DNA from: a virus
Taxonomy: Duplodnaviria; Heunggongvirae; Uroviricota; Caudoviricetes
IMG/VR virus record: IMGVR_UViG_2657245091_000008
DNA length: 64,000 nt
Strand: one strand, 5' to 3'
The notes below the pieces were generated by a model. The model made no database searches. It had not been told where the DNA came from and saw nothing but the letters and a program-made list of their open reading frames with translations. The position numbers and the translations under genes are program-made. Positions 18,762-27,942 of the stretch are shown here, in pieces (the stretch's first letter is position 1; each line of letters begins with the position of its first letter).

Positions 18762-18806
18762 AAATTACGTTAGAACATTGATTTTAGTTTTCTAACATAT
18801 TATTTT
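18762..18806. promoter_or_regulatory. Operator-like motif pair upstream of 18840 gene
   Basis: CGTTAGAACATTGATTTTAGTTTTCTAACATATTATTTT. Confidence 0.45.
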
Positions 18807-18839
18807 ACCGCTCGGAACAAAACAGAGTCGGTATGCATT

Positions 18840-19835
18840 ATGAGTGCAATAATCACCCCATATGTCGTAAATGAAACTGGTGTGGCTGTCTTTCCTGTAG
18901 ATAAGCCCACCAGCAATTACATCGGCGCAGGACGTCGTTTTCTTATATCCCCATTGCCGCGTGAACAGGCTGAAAACACCCCTGATGGTGTCGTTGACCT
19001 GAATTATTCACTGGTTACCAACCAGTCACTGGCACCCTTTTTTCAAAGTGAGCGCGTATTTAACGCGTTAGGTGGTGAGGATTCTCTCGTTCACTGGGTT
19101 AGCACCAACATTCACGATTGCCAGGCGCATGATAAGCGCGATTGCAGCCACCAGCTAACCACCCATTTCTATAACGGTTCTGCCGTTCGCCTGTGCTGGA
19201 AGCATGATGCGGAATACATGATGAAGGGATACGGCAAGCTGGAAGACCAACTGTCACTGAATCGCGCCAACTGGATTATGAACTGGGCTGCCAGCGAGTT
19301 AAAACTTCCGCCAGATCGCGATCTGAGCATGGTTGAACTCACCTTTTGGGCCATTCGCCGGAATCTTAAAGACGAACTGCCTGATGAAGCTGGTCGCATT
19401 GCATTTTGTCAGCCAAAAACTGAAATCCCTACCGGCACTCTGAAAGAGTCGGATATTACCTGGGAGCATAGTACCCGCGAGCTGGTGGATATTTCCGCAG
19501 AGCAGATCGTCAATCTGTCCGTCGATGAAGATTCTGGCCTCCTATATATGCGCCGTCCAAAAACCTTACTCGGAAAAAGCCCGGCTTATCTCCGGTTTGT
19601 GGTGTCTCGCCCGTGTGTAGGCTGCGGCGGTAAGGTTAATCACCCATTCATGTACCGCGCCCGCTCGTTAAACGAACACGACCGCTGGGCTGTTCCTCTT
19701 TGCGATGACTGCGCCAGAAGCGCAGAAAACGATGTCCGGGCATGGGAAAAAGCACATGGCATACGCCTTTACGTAGCCGCTAACCAGCTTTTCGACTTCG
19801 CCATCGAGCGCGGAGTAATCACGTTTAATAACTAA
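18840..19835 (+). CDS. Hypothetical Cys-rich protein (possibly DUF968-like)
   Basis: 331 aa; C-terminal CVGCGG...PLCDDCAR zinc-binding-like pairs; operator-like motifs upstream. Confidence 0.5.
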   Translation: MSAIITPYVVNETGVAVFPVDKPTSNYIGAGRRFLISPLPREQAENTPDGVVDLNYSLVTNQSLAPFFQSERVFNALGGEDSLVHWVSTNIHDCQAHDKRDCSHQLTTHFYNGSAVRLCWKHDAEYMMKGYGKLEDQLSLNRANWIMNWAASELKLPPDRDLSMVELTFWAIRRNLKDELPDEAGRIAFCQPKTEIPTGTLKESDITWEHSTRELVDISAEQIVNLSVDEDSGLLYMRRPKTLLGKSPAYLRFVVSRPCVGCGGKVNHPFMYRARSLNEHDRWAVPLCDDCARSAENDVRAWEKAHGIRLYVAANQLFDFAIERGVITFNN

Positions 19836-19871
19836 TGAGATGGTTCGGATAATTCTTGGCGGGAATAACGA

Positions 19872-20750
19872 GTGACTATGCATCAAGTCGTCAGTTTTTC
19901 AGGTGGACGAACATCGGCCTATCTCGTCCATCTGATGGAGGCACAGCGAAAAGCTGGCGCTAGCGTCCATTTTATTTTTATGGATACCGGCTGTGAACAT
20001 CCTCTGACGTATCGCTTTATTCGTGAGGTTGTGAAGTTCTGGAACGTACCGCTAACGGTGTTGCAGGTCGATATAAATCCAGAACTTGGGCAGCCAAATG
20101 GTTATACGGAATGGGAGCCAAAGGATATTCAGACGCGAATGCCGGTGCTTAAACCGTTTATGGACATGGTTAAAAAGTACGGTACGCCATACATCGGCGG
20201 CGCGTTCTGTACTGACAGGCTAAAACTCACCCCTTTCACGAAATATTGCGATGACCATTTCGGACGAGGGAATTACATCACATGGCTGGGTATTCGTGCA
20301 GACGAACCCCGTAGGCTGAAACCGAAACCGGGCGTCCGGTATCTTGCCGAGCTGTCAGATTTTGATAAGTCGGATGTTATCCGGTGGTGGCGTAAACAAC
20401 CTTTTGATTTGCAAATCCCGGAGCACCTCGGGAACTGTGTTTTCTGCATCAAAAAGTCAACGCAAAAGCTGGGGCTTGCATGTAAAGACGAACCAGGTCT
20501 GATGCGAGTTTTTAATGAGCTGGTTACAGGCAAACACGTCAGGGATGATCATCGCAGAACAGGTAAAGACATTATGTACCGTGGTCACCTGACGCTTGAC
20601 GGAATTGCCAGAATGTCTGCCAACAGCGACTACAGAAATTTGTATCAGGCGATGGTACAGGCCAGGCGATTCGATACCGGCTCGTGTTCAGAGTCATGTG
20701 AAATCTGGGGTGATCAATTGGAATTGAAATTCGAAGAGGTAGTGGCATGA
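19872..20750 (+). CDS. PAPS reductase-like / PP-loop ATP pyrophosphatase family protein
   Basis: N-terminal VVSFSGGRTSAYL PP-loop (SGGxDS-like) and overall PAPS-reductase-like length. Confidence 0.7.
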   Translation: MTMHQVVSFSGGRTSAYLVHLMEAQRKAGASVHFIFMDTGCEHPLTYRFIREVVKFWNVPLTVLQVDINPELGQPNGYTEWEPKDIQTRMPVLKPFMDMVKKYGTPYIGGAFCTDRLKLTPFTKYCDDHFGRGNYITWLGIRADEPRRLKPKPGVRYLAELSDFDKSDVIRWWRKQPFDLQIPEHLGNCVFCIKKSTQKLGLACKDEPGLMRVFNELVTGKHVRDDHRRTGKDIMYRGHLTLDGIARMSANSDYRNLYQAMVQARRFDTGSCSESCEIWGDQLELKFEEVVA

Positions 20751-20950
20751 CAATCGTAAAAACCCATACCGGTACCGTGATCACCAAAGATGGCCCGCAG
20801 GTAAAAAAACTGCACCAAACAGAGCGGATGTGGGTCGTTGGCAAAAACGAGTTTTACCACAAAGAAACTGGACGCCGCCATTTTGCAGAAAATACGCGCC
20901 GCCGACTGCTGTTAGACACCATCAAGCCTATCGAGGTGAAGCATGTTTAA
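20747..20950 (+). CDS. Hypothetical protein
   Basis: 67-aa ORF, overlapping stop/start. Confidence 0.4.
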   Translation: MTIVKTHTGTVITKDGPQVKKLHQTERMWVVGKNEFYHKETGRRHFAENTRRRLLLDTIKPIEVKHV

Positions 20951-21182
20951 ACAGAACGAAAAAGCTATCGCTCAAATTGCTGATTATATCCCGCGTGCGT
21001 GCCGGGGTATGCAGTTGCAGGAAGCCAAAGCGCGCCTGGAGAAAAAAATTGCGCTCTATATTGATGACGGCTGTGATGCCGCCGTTCTTAACGAGGCGTT
21101 CGCACCAGCTCTTAACAGTCATACTCGGGAGTCTTTTTTTTCGTGCATCGCAGCGCAACTCCACCAAGGAGGCATCCAGTGA
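20943..21182 (+). CDS. Hypothetical protein
   Basis: 79-aa ORF, overlapping stop/start. Confidence 0.4.
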   Translation: MFKQNEKAIAQIADYIPRACRGMQLQEAKARLEKKIALYIDDGCDAAVLNEAFAPALNSHTRESFFSCIAAQLHQGGIQ

Positions 21183-21823
21183 GTAACCGTTTTTACATGA
21201 TGTGCTTGCGTGAAACTGTGGGTAATAACGCCTCATTCCATTGCCATAACGGCAATGGTTACAGTTCTGATATCGATCGCGCTCATATTTACACGCTGGA
21301 AGAAGCCCAAAAAGCCTGGAATTGTGGGCGAGATATCGATCAGCCTGTTTGTGCCGATAGTGTGGATGCAATGGCTGTGTGGCACGTTGATTGCCAGTAC
21401 ATCCCTACAGAAAGCCTGATTGAGTCAGATTGCACTGCGTATGTGGCCTACAAAAAAGGTAGCTGGAACGGCAACGATGTTTACTGGCTTCAACACGGTG
21501 GATTGCCAACAGATGACTTCAGTAAAGCGACCATCTTTAGCGTCGCCAACAAAAACGAACCAGGAATAGTTTGGTTGCCATTTTCCATTGCTGATGCAGC
21601 AAAGCGCCGGACGTTCAATATCAATAACTTTAACCGCAGAACAATGGTTCAGGGCGCAGGTTTGGTCATGCCTGACTGGTTGAAAGAGCAGAACAGAAGA
21701 AAGAAGTCGCGAAGCGGGAAGGTGCGTTGGAATTGTCCGCATTGCGGAAAAATAACCTGGCAGTACAGCCCATATGATTTTGAAGGCTGTAGTGATTACA
21801 ACTGTGAAGGATGGCGAGAATGA
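21179..21823 (+). CDS. Hypothetical protein with C-terminal zinc ribbon
   Basis: GTG 21179 preceded by AAGGAGG (GTGA overlap with upstream stop); C-terminal CPHCG...CSDYNC. Confidence 0.5.
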   Translation: MSNRFYMMCLRETVGNNASFHCHNGNGYSSDIDRAHIYTLEEAQKAWNCGRDIDQPVCADSVDAMAVWHVDCQYIPTESLIESDCTAYVAYKKGSWNGNDVYWLQHGGLPTDDFSKATIFSVANKNEPGIVWLPFSIADAAKRRTFNINNFNRRTMVQGAGLVMPDWLKEQNRRKKSRSGKVRWNCPHCGKITWQYSPYDFEGCSDYNCEGWRE

Positions 21824-22398
21824 CAATTGACTATCAAGAACTGCGCGAGGCAGCGGAACAGGCAACTCAAGACGAATGGGTAGCATATATTTTGCCGGGT
21901 CATAACGGCATTTATCCTGCGCGCACGTCTGAGGGTAGGCATTGCGGATACTTTATTGACTGTCCTGGCATTGATGGACAAAGGAATGCTGGTGCTAATG
22001 CCCGTTATATTGCGGCTATCCCACCAAAAGTTGCGCTGGCACTCCTGGGCGAAATTAAGCGCCTGGAAGACACAAATATTGATGCCATGTGCCGAATTGC
22101 AGAACTGGAAGCACGGGAAATAAAACCAGCCAAAGGCGAAGTTCTTGTCGTTGTATCTGGTTTTACTGGTTGCGGAAAAAGCGCCATTGCCGGGGAAATA
22201 GAAATTGCGATGAAGGCTATTGGTGTACCGGTTCAGTGGACTAATGGCGATGCAGAAAAGCGCATGACTGGTGCTGACTGGCTGACAGCAATTGAGATGT
22301 ACAAACCAACTGTGCGCATCGTGGAAGTTAATGTGCCACGCGTCGCTGGCATTCGCATCAAAGGAGACGCAGGAGAGCAAAACGATGAAAAACCGTAA
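21811..22398 (+). CDS. Ead/Ea22-like protein
   Basis: N-terminal ELREAAEQATQDEW...NARYIAAIPPKVALALLGEIKRLE typical of Ead/Ea22-like prophage proteins. Confidence 0.55.
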   Translation: MARMTIDYQELREAAEQATQDEWVAYILPGHNGIYPARTSEGRHCGYFIDCPGIDGQRNAGANARYIAAIPPKVALALLGEIKRLEDTNIDAMCRIAELEAREIKPAKGEVLVVVSGFTGCGKSAIAGEIEIAMKAIGVPVQWTNGDAEKRMTGADWLTAIEMYKPTVRIVEVNVPRVAGIRIKGDAGEQNDEKP

Positions 22399-22574
22399 AG
22401 CAAAGATTCTGTTAGTTCGTAGAAACGCTCCTGGCGTCTGGCAGTGGGTGAGACTCAGCAACCGACGGATGGGGTTGATGAAATATTACGGGATGATGGA
22501 TTGTGGTTTTTGCAAAAAGCCCAGCGCGGCGCAAAACCGCTGGAAAAACCACTTGCGCACTAAAGGAGAGTGAT

Positions 22575-23090
22575 ATGGCGTTAACACACCGCGAACTCTG
22601 TCAGATTGCGTATAAGTTCCTTAAGCGCAACGGGTTCAAGGTTTGTTTTCATGACCGCTTTATAGCTGTAACCAGTACCGGAGAACAGCCAGATGCTATG
22701 GGATTCAGAAATTCAGCATCATGCCTGATAGAGGCGAAGTGTTCTCGTGCTGACTTGTTGGCAGATAGAAAAAAGCGTTTTCGTAAAAATCCATCTCTTG
22801 GAATGGGCGACTGGCGATTCTTTATTAGTGAGCCGGGAATTATTTCAGTTGAGGATTTACCACCTGGCTGGGGATTACTTCACGTTGTTAACGGAAGAGT
22901 ACGGAAAGTACATGGGTGGCCCAAGGGTAATTGCTGTTGGGGTAATCCTGACGATAAGCCATTTACTGGAAATAAGCAGGTTGAATGCGATTACATGTTA
23001 TCTGCATTAAGGCGCATGGAGTTGAGAGGGCACCTTAATGAAATATATGACGGTGTAATTGTTAATAAGAAAGAAGGAAACGCGGCATGA
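22575..23090 (+). CDS. Hypothetical protein, possible PD-(D/E)xK nuclease fold
   Basis: ATG 22575 after AAAGGAGAG RBS; PDAMGF...LIEAKCS resembles a D...E.K catalytic triad. Confidence 0.4.
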   Translation: MALTHRELCQIAYKFLKRNGFKVCFHDRFIAVTSTGEQPDAMGFRNSASCLIEAKCSRADLLADRKKRFRKNPSLGMGDWRFFISEPGIISVEDLPPGWGLLHVVNGRVRKVHGWPKGNCCWGNPDDKPFTGNKQVECDYMLSALRRMELRGHLNEIYDGVIVNKKEGNAA

Positions 23091-23950
23091 TCACTATTAC
23101 CAAAGAGCGACTGCTGACAATCAAGCAGTGGCGCGAAACATACGGACCTGATAGCAACGTTGTACTGCCAGCAGAAGAAGCGGAAGAACTGGCGCGTATC
23201 GTGCTGGCATCGCTGGAAGCAGAGCCTGTTCTGTATCAGTCCTGCACTCGCCCCACCTGGAATAGCGGTGTTCCGTGGACGGAATGGAAAGAACGTAGTC
23301 GTGAGTGCTACGAAGACGATTTGCGTTTTACAGACACGCCTGACCATGCCGGTTGGATATACAAATGTCGAAAACTATATACCACTCCGCCAGCGCCGAT
23401 AGCGTTAGAGGCCATTGAAAACGCAATTGAATACATTCGTAGTATCGCTTTTCACATCGATGAAGACGATTACCACGGCAAACATATTGCGTATTTCATG
23501 CGACAAGCATTGGCCTGGCTGGAAGGGCATTCATGCAGCGACGACAGACTGGGTAAAGCCGACAATCAACCAGTACGCGGCAACCAGGCTGCCGAATCCA
23601 ATCGCGGTAATGAGTGGACCGGCAATCCTGATATTGATAACGCCATCATCATGCTCGACCGCATAGATACGCTGGAAAATTGCGATGATGACCGTATTGA
23701 GGCTGTTAAGGCTGTTTTGCGTAGACTGGCAGGCAACTCTCCGGTAACTCCGGATGGTTGGATAAGCTGTAGTGAGCGAATGCCGGATAAGTTAATTCCG
23801 GTAATGGTCATGTATGAAGACGGTGAGATGTGGTCTGCAATGTGGAATGGTAATCGCTGGGATGATGGCACCGAATATCCGGATCCGCACTCAGTTACGC
23901 ACTGGCGTGAAATGCCAGCAGCACCGAAGCAGGAGGTTAACCGTGGCTAA
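23087..23950 (+). CDS. Ead/Ea22-like protein with C-terminal DUF551 domain
   Basis: N-terminal Ea22-like region; C-terminal DGWISCSERMPDK...VTHWREMPAAP matches DUF551 pattern. Confidence 0.6.
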   Translation: MITITKERLLTIKQWRETYGPDSNVVLPAEEAEELARIVLASLEAEPVLYQSCTRPTWNSGVPWTEWKERSRECYEDDLRFTDTPDHAGWIYKCRKLYTTPPAPIALEAIENAIEYIRSIAFHIDEDDYHGKHIAYFMRQALAWLEGHSCSDDRLGKADNQPVRGNQAAESNRGNEWTGNPDIDNAIIMLDRIDTLENCDDDRIEAVKAVLRRLAGNSPVTPDGWISCSERMPDKLIPVMVMYEDGEMWSAMWNGNRWDDGTEYPDPHSVTHWREMPAAPKQEVNRG

Positions 23951-24242
23951 CCTGCAACTTGCCGTTAAAGGTGAATACTTCGATGCCATGATTCGCGGAG
24001 AGAAAACGGAAGAGTATCGCCTGTGTAATGACTACTGGAATAAGCGAATTATGTTCCGGGAGTATGACCGCCTGATTATCACAAAGGGATATCCGAAGCG
24101 CGACGACTTCAGTCGCAGAATTGACGTCCCGTATAACGGATATGAAATAAAAACAATCACACATCCCCACTTCGGCGATAAACCGGTAAAGGTGTTCGCG
24201 ATAAAGGTAAAATTAACACGGAGTAATTATGTGGCGCGGTAA
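23943..24242 (+). CDS. ASCH/DUF3850-like small protein
   Basis: GTG 23943 after AGGAGG (overlaps upstream stop); KGEYFDAMIRGEKTEEYRLCNDYW resembles DUF3850. Confidence 0.45.
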   Translation: MANLQLAVKGEYFDAMIRGEKTEEYRLCNDYWNKRIMFREYDRLIITKGYPKRDDFSRRIDVPYNGYEIKTITHPHFGDKPVKVFAIKVKLTRSNYVAR

Positions 24243-24522
24243 TAATCATGGCGGAAGCCAGATGATACTTACCGAATATACGTTCGACCACAAAACCAAT
24301 AAATCACGTTCAGTATATTTGCTTCGGCACAATAGCCGCGTAAGAAATACCGTGCTGGAGCAAAATCTGACCGTCGAAATGGATAATTTGGGAAACTTCA
24401 AGCCAACAATATCGCTTGATGATTTTCCGTGTGGTTTAAGCGAAAGAGAAGCAATGCTGAAATTAGCAGAATGGTTACAAAGATTGAGCATTGCTATTGA
24501 AGATAACTGGATTCAACCATAA
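24229..24522 (+). CDS. Hypothetical protein
   Basis: 97-aa ORF. Confidence 0.4.
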   Translation: MWRGNNHGGSQMILTEYTFDHKTNKSRSVYLLRHNSRVRNTVLEQNLTVEMDNLGNFKPTISLDDFPCGLSEREAMLKLAEWLQRLSIAIEDNWIQP

Positions 24523-24546
24523 TGAAAAACAGAAAGAAAGATTGCT

Positions 24547-24756
24547 ATGACAACATTTAGTAAATTCGCAGTAATTATGATTTTATTAATCCCCCTCACT
24601 GTTACAGCAGGGGAACAGCAACATTGCACAAAAGAGAATGAACACCCTTTCATCGTTATTCAATGCGATGACGGAACGGTGACTGTGGTTAATGTAAGAA
24701 ATGACCGTGTAGCTGTTTGCCGTAAAGGCGAACCATGCAAGGAAATAAAACTATGA
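24547..24756 (+). CDS. Small secreted Cys-containing protein
   Basis: 69 aa with signal-peptide-like MTTFSKFAVIMILLIPLTVTA. Confidence 0.45.
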   Translation: MTTFSKFAVIMILLIPLTVTAGEQQHCTKENEHPFIVIQCDDGTVTVVNVRNDRVAVCRKGEPCKEIKL

Positions 24757-25502
24757 CAAGAATCACTAAAGAGCGTATTTCAGATATTATTTCCCGTATC
24801 GAAATGTATGGTCACGGTGCTGGATACACAGCAGATGAAGTATTGGAGCTTGCCAAAATAGCTTTAGCGCCTTGCAAGGATGGTAAAGCTATGACACTGA
24901 TTGACTTGTTAGTGAAGGAATTATCTAAGGGGCGTGGATGGCCTGATGGAAAAGATTTTTGCCATCTATCCATTACGATGCCAGGTAGTAGTCGCGCTAC
25001 GGTTCTTTTTGGTACGCGCCATAAAAATTACCAATCATCAAAGAATTATTCCATTGATGGCATTATTTGCGATATCAGTGACCTTGATCGCAGTGCGTTT
25101 ACATCGGTTGTCACTCGTGAACAGTATGAAGCAGCTCGCATAGCGTCTCAGAAAGTTAAGTCTGAAAGTAAGGCTTACAAGTTAGATTTTGAGCAATGGC
25201 TGGAACAGCAACGCGGGAAAATCGATGTGGACTGCGGTTGTGTGTCTGCGGAAACATTCATGCACTGGTTGCGGGTAGCTTATGAGGCTGGCAACCATCC
25301 GGATTTTCCGGATAGTTCCCAACAATCGCCCAAGAAAAGCGTAAAAACCACTCTGGAAAGAGGCTATCTTGAGGCCGCATTAAAGATTAAGCCGGGCCAT
25401 ACGCTAGGCGTCATTGATGCCATGTTGGTTCATGAAATGGCTAAGGCTTTATTGCCACTGGTAGCAGATCAACATGAGGCGAGTCATGCCAACGAAAGCT
25501 GA
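24735..25502 (+). CDS. Hypothetical protein
   Basis: 255-aa ORF. Confidence 0.5.
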   Translation: MQGNKTMTRITKERISDIISRIEMYGHGAGYTADEVLELAKIALAPCKDGKAMTLIDLLVKELSKGRGWPDGKDFCHLSITMPGSSRATVLFGTRHKNYQSSKNYSIDGIICDISDLDRSAFTSVVTREQYEAARIASQKVKSESKAYKLDFEQWLEQQRGKIDVDCGCVSAETFMHWLRVAYEAGNHPDFPDSSQQSPKKSVKTTLERGYLEAALKIKPGHTLGVIDAMLVHEMAKALLPLVADQHEASHANES

Positions 25503-25770
25503 ACTACAGACGCGTGTAGAGGAACTTGAAAAAGAGAACGCTGGCCTCAAAAAAATGCTGGCCCGGGCAGAAAGGGAGTTGTCCGGCAAACTTCTGCCAG
25601 AAGAACTGCCACCAGCAGATATACCCGAGCGAGTGTCCCGGTGGATGAAATCTTTTTGTTTGCCGTGGGAGACTTTTTGGTGCTACGACCATCGCAGATG
25701 GTGTGATGAGCTTGATAGCAGTTTCCCCTATTTTGCGGAAGGGAACTCTTGCCCTGAATGTAGGAGTTAA
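25474..25770 (+). CDS. Hypothetical coiled-coil / Cys-pair protein (tandem paralog A)
   Basis: C-terminal LPWETFWCYDHRRWCDELDSSFPYFAEGNSCPECRS paralogous to next gene; likely starts at MPTKAEL (25486). Confidence 0.5.
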   Translation: MRRVMPTKAELQTRVEELEKENAGLKKMLARAERELSGKLLPEELPPADIPERVSRWMKSFCLPWETFWCYDHRRWCDELDSSFPYFAEGNSCPECRS

Positions 25771-26075
25771 TGATGACCGGCGAGCTTTATTTTAAAATGG
25801 CACGGGAGCGGCGTGTGCATCTGGATCGGATATTTCATCTCCAGAAGAGAGTAGAAGAACTGGAACGTCGTCTGAACTGTTATCCTGTTGATATGGTGTC
25901 TGCAATACCGCCGATTCCAATAGAAATGCAGATCCGCCTATGGATGGAAGAATATGGAATGCCGTGGGAGATATTTTTCTGCTTCGACCATAAACAGTGG
26001 GTAGATGAGCTGGATAATAGTTTCCCATATTTCACAGAGAACACATGCCCAGTATGCAGGAAGAACGGAATATGA
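25770..26075 (+). CDS. Hypothetical coiled-coil / Cys-pair protein (tandem paralog B)
   Basis: C-terminal MPWEIFFCFDHKQWVDELDNSFPYFTENTCPVCRKNGI. Confidence 0.5.
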   Translation: MMTGELYFKMARERRVHLDRIFHLQKRVEELERRLNCYPVDMVSAIPPIPIEMQIRLWMEEYGMPWEIFFCFDHKQWVDELDNSFPYFTENTCPVCRKNGI

Positions 26076-26596
26076 CAAAATTTGGAAAGCTGGAAGCTCA
26101 TTTGCTAACTCGTAACTACCGCCATGATATACACCCATATAGACAGTGGATCGATGAAAGCGAAGGAGTAGTTACATTCCCTCTATACAGGTTTGATGGG
26201 ATGTTGGCTGGGTATCAGACATATAGACCAGGTGCTCCTAAGCAGCATAGCAATCCGAAGATGGCCCGGTATTTCACGCGATCACACGGCAGACAGTTAC
26301 TTTGGGGAACCTATCTTCCTTTAAAAGATGGCCCAATATGGATAACTGAGTCTATTTTTAAGAGCGCAGCTGTACACAACGCGGGCGGCAATTCGTGGGC
26401 GCTGTTAGGTTCAACTTTCTCCGCAGGATTACGCCGTCAACTTGCGATGCTGCCGTATGACTTTCGTGTAATAGGTGACAATGATGCGGCTGGTGAATCA
26501 CTTGTGAAGTCTTTCGGAAAAGGTTTTGTGGCCCCGGATCTTGACGAGCTACAACCACATGAAGTGTCTCATTTGATTTTTAGCCATAGCCAATAA
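26072..26596 (+). CDS. Hypothetical protein, possible Toprim-like acidic motif
   Basis: 175 aa from MTKFGKLEAH; contains IGDNDAAGE. Confidence 0.4.
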   Translation: MTKFGKLEAHLLTRNYRHDIHPYRQWIDESEGVVTFPLYRFDGMLAGYQTYRPGAPKQHSNPKMARYFTRSHGRQLLWGTYLPLKDGPIWITESIFKSAAVHNAGGNSWALLGSTFSAGLRRQLAMLPYDFRVIGDNDAAGESLVKSFGKGFVAPDLDELQPHEVSHLIFSHSQ

Positions 26597-26804
26597 GCAT
26601 CTCTCCCCTTTGAGGTCACAATTAGTGGCCTTAAACAATGTGTTTTCTACCTCGATTTAGCCTTTATTATCGTTTTGCATTTCTCTAATCCGGGCAACGA
26701 GGTTACGCTGATCCGTTGGTGATGAATAGTAGCAAAGCGCACAAAATCATCAGCGGTGGTTGATGTACGTAACGCGTTTGCACCAAAGGTGTCTCTTTAA
26801 TGTA

Positions 26805-26824
26805 TACTGTATAAATGAACAGTA
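26805..26824 (+). promoter_or_regulatory. LexA (SOS) box upstream of humD
   Basis: TACTGTATAAATGAACAGTA = CTGT-N8-ACAG, 20 bp upstream of humD start. Confidence 0.65.
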
Positions 26825-26843
26825 TCATTGAGGTGAAAACGCT

Positions 26844-27233
26844 ATGGGCTTCCCTTCTCCTGCGGCGGATTATGTTGAAAGCCGAATTTCTCTTGATCAG
26901 CAACTAATCAGGCATCCATCAGCAACCTACTTCATGCGGGCGGCAGACAGCCATCACCGTGAGGGAATATTGCAGGGTGCTTTGCTGGTGGTTGATTCTT
27001 CGCTTACTCCAGTTGATGGTTCGCTGCTTGTGTGCGCTATGGAGGGTGAATATCGCATAAAGAGATACCGAAAGTATCCGCGCCAGCACCTGGAGGATTT
27101 AAGCACCGGGAAGAAAGAGGCGTTACCAGTAGATGACGATGGTTACACGGGTAGTAATGCTGTTTTTGGTGTGATCACTCATGTCATCAATGATGCCCGA
27201 AGTGGGGAGTTTGATGATTGTCCGGTCATTTAA
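26844..27233 (+). CDS. humD: HumD, UmuD'-like translesion polymerase accessory protein (LexA/S24 peptidase fold)
   Basis: 129 aa starting MGFPSPAADYVE (UmuD' form without N-terminal cleavage segment); adjacent to phd-doc as in P1. Confidence 0.85.
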   Translation: MGFPSPAADYVESRISLDQQLIRHPSATYFMRAADSHHREGILQGALLVVDSSLTPVDGSLLVCAMEGEYRIKRYRKYPRQHLEDLSTGKKEALPVDDDGYTGSNAVFGVITHVINDARSGEFDDCPVI

Positions 27234-27305
27234 GCTGCAAAGTGCTGGTGCTTTATGCCTGTGAAGTTTATGATTGTGTACACATAACGAGTACACGAGG
27301 TGTTT

Positions 27306-27527
27306 ATGCAGTCCATTAACTTCCGTACCGCGCGCGGCAACCTTTCTGAATTGCTCAACAATGTTGAAGCCGGGGAAGAGGTTGAAATCACCCGCAGAGG
27401 CCGTGAACCAGCAGTAATTGTCAGCAAGGCTACTTTCGAAGCCTACAAAAAGGCGGCGCTGGATGCTGAATTTGCATCCCTGTTTGACACCCTGGACTCC
27501 ACCAACAAGGAACTGGTTAACCGATAA
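27306..27527 (+). CDS. phd: Phd antitoxin (prevent-host-death)
   Basis: [49 protein letters not shown]... essentially matches P1 Phd as I recall it. Confidence 0.9.
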
Positions 27528-27907
27528 TGAGGCATATATCACCGGAAGAACTTATTGCGCTTCATGATGCGAATATAAGCCGCTACGGCGGCCTGCCGGG
27601 AATGTCAGATCCGGGTAGGGCAGAGGCCATTATCGGGAGAGTTCAGGCCAGAGTTGCCTACGAAGAGATCACCGACCTTTTCGAAGTCTCCGCAACCTAC
27701 CTGGTGGCTACTGCGAGAGGGCATATATTCAATGATGCCAATAAGCGTACCGCGCTAAACAGTGCGCTGCTATTTCTACGCCGTAACGGTATACAGGTAT
27801 ATGATTCTCCCGTGCTGGTGGAACTTGCGGTGGGGGCTGCAACTGGTGAAATCCCCGTATCTTCAGTAGCGGAAAAACTACGTGAACTATATGGTTCCAA
27901 TATTTGA
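27527..27907 (+). CDS. doc: Doc toxin (death-on-curing, Fic fold)
   Basis: [39 protein letters not shown]...[23 protein letters not shown] matches P1 Doc; ATGA overlap with phd. Confidence 0.9.
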
Positions 27908-27936
27908 AAAGAAGCCCGCTCAACCAGGCGGGCTTC
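27903..27936 (-). terminator. Intrinsic terminator ending the 31822-to-27943 minus-strand operon
   Basis: On minus strand GAAGCCCGC-loop-GCGGGCTTC followed by TTTTCAAAT. Confidence 0.55.
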
Positions 27937-27942
27937 CTACTA

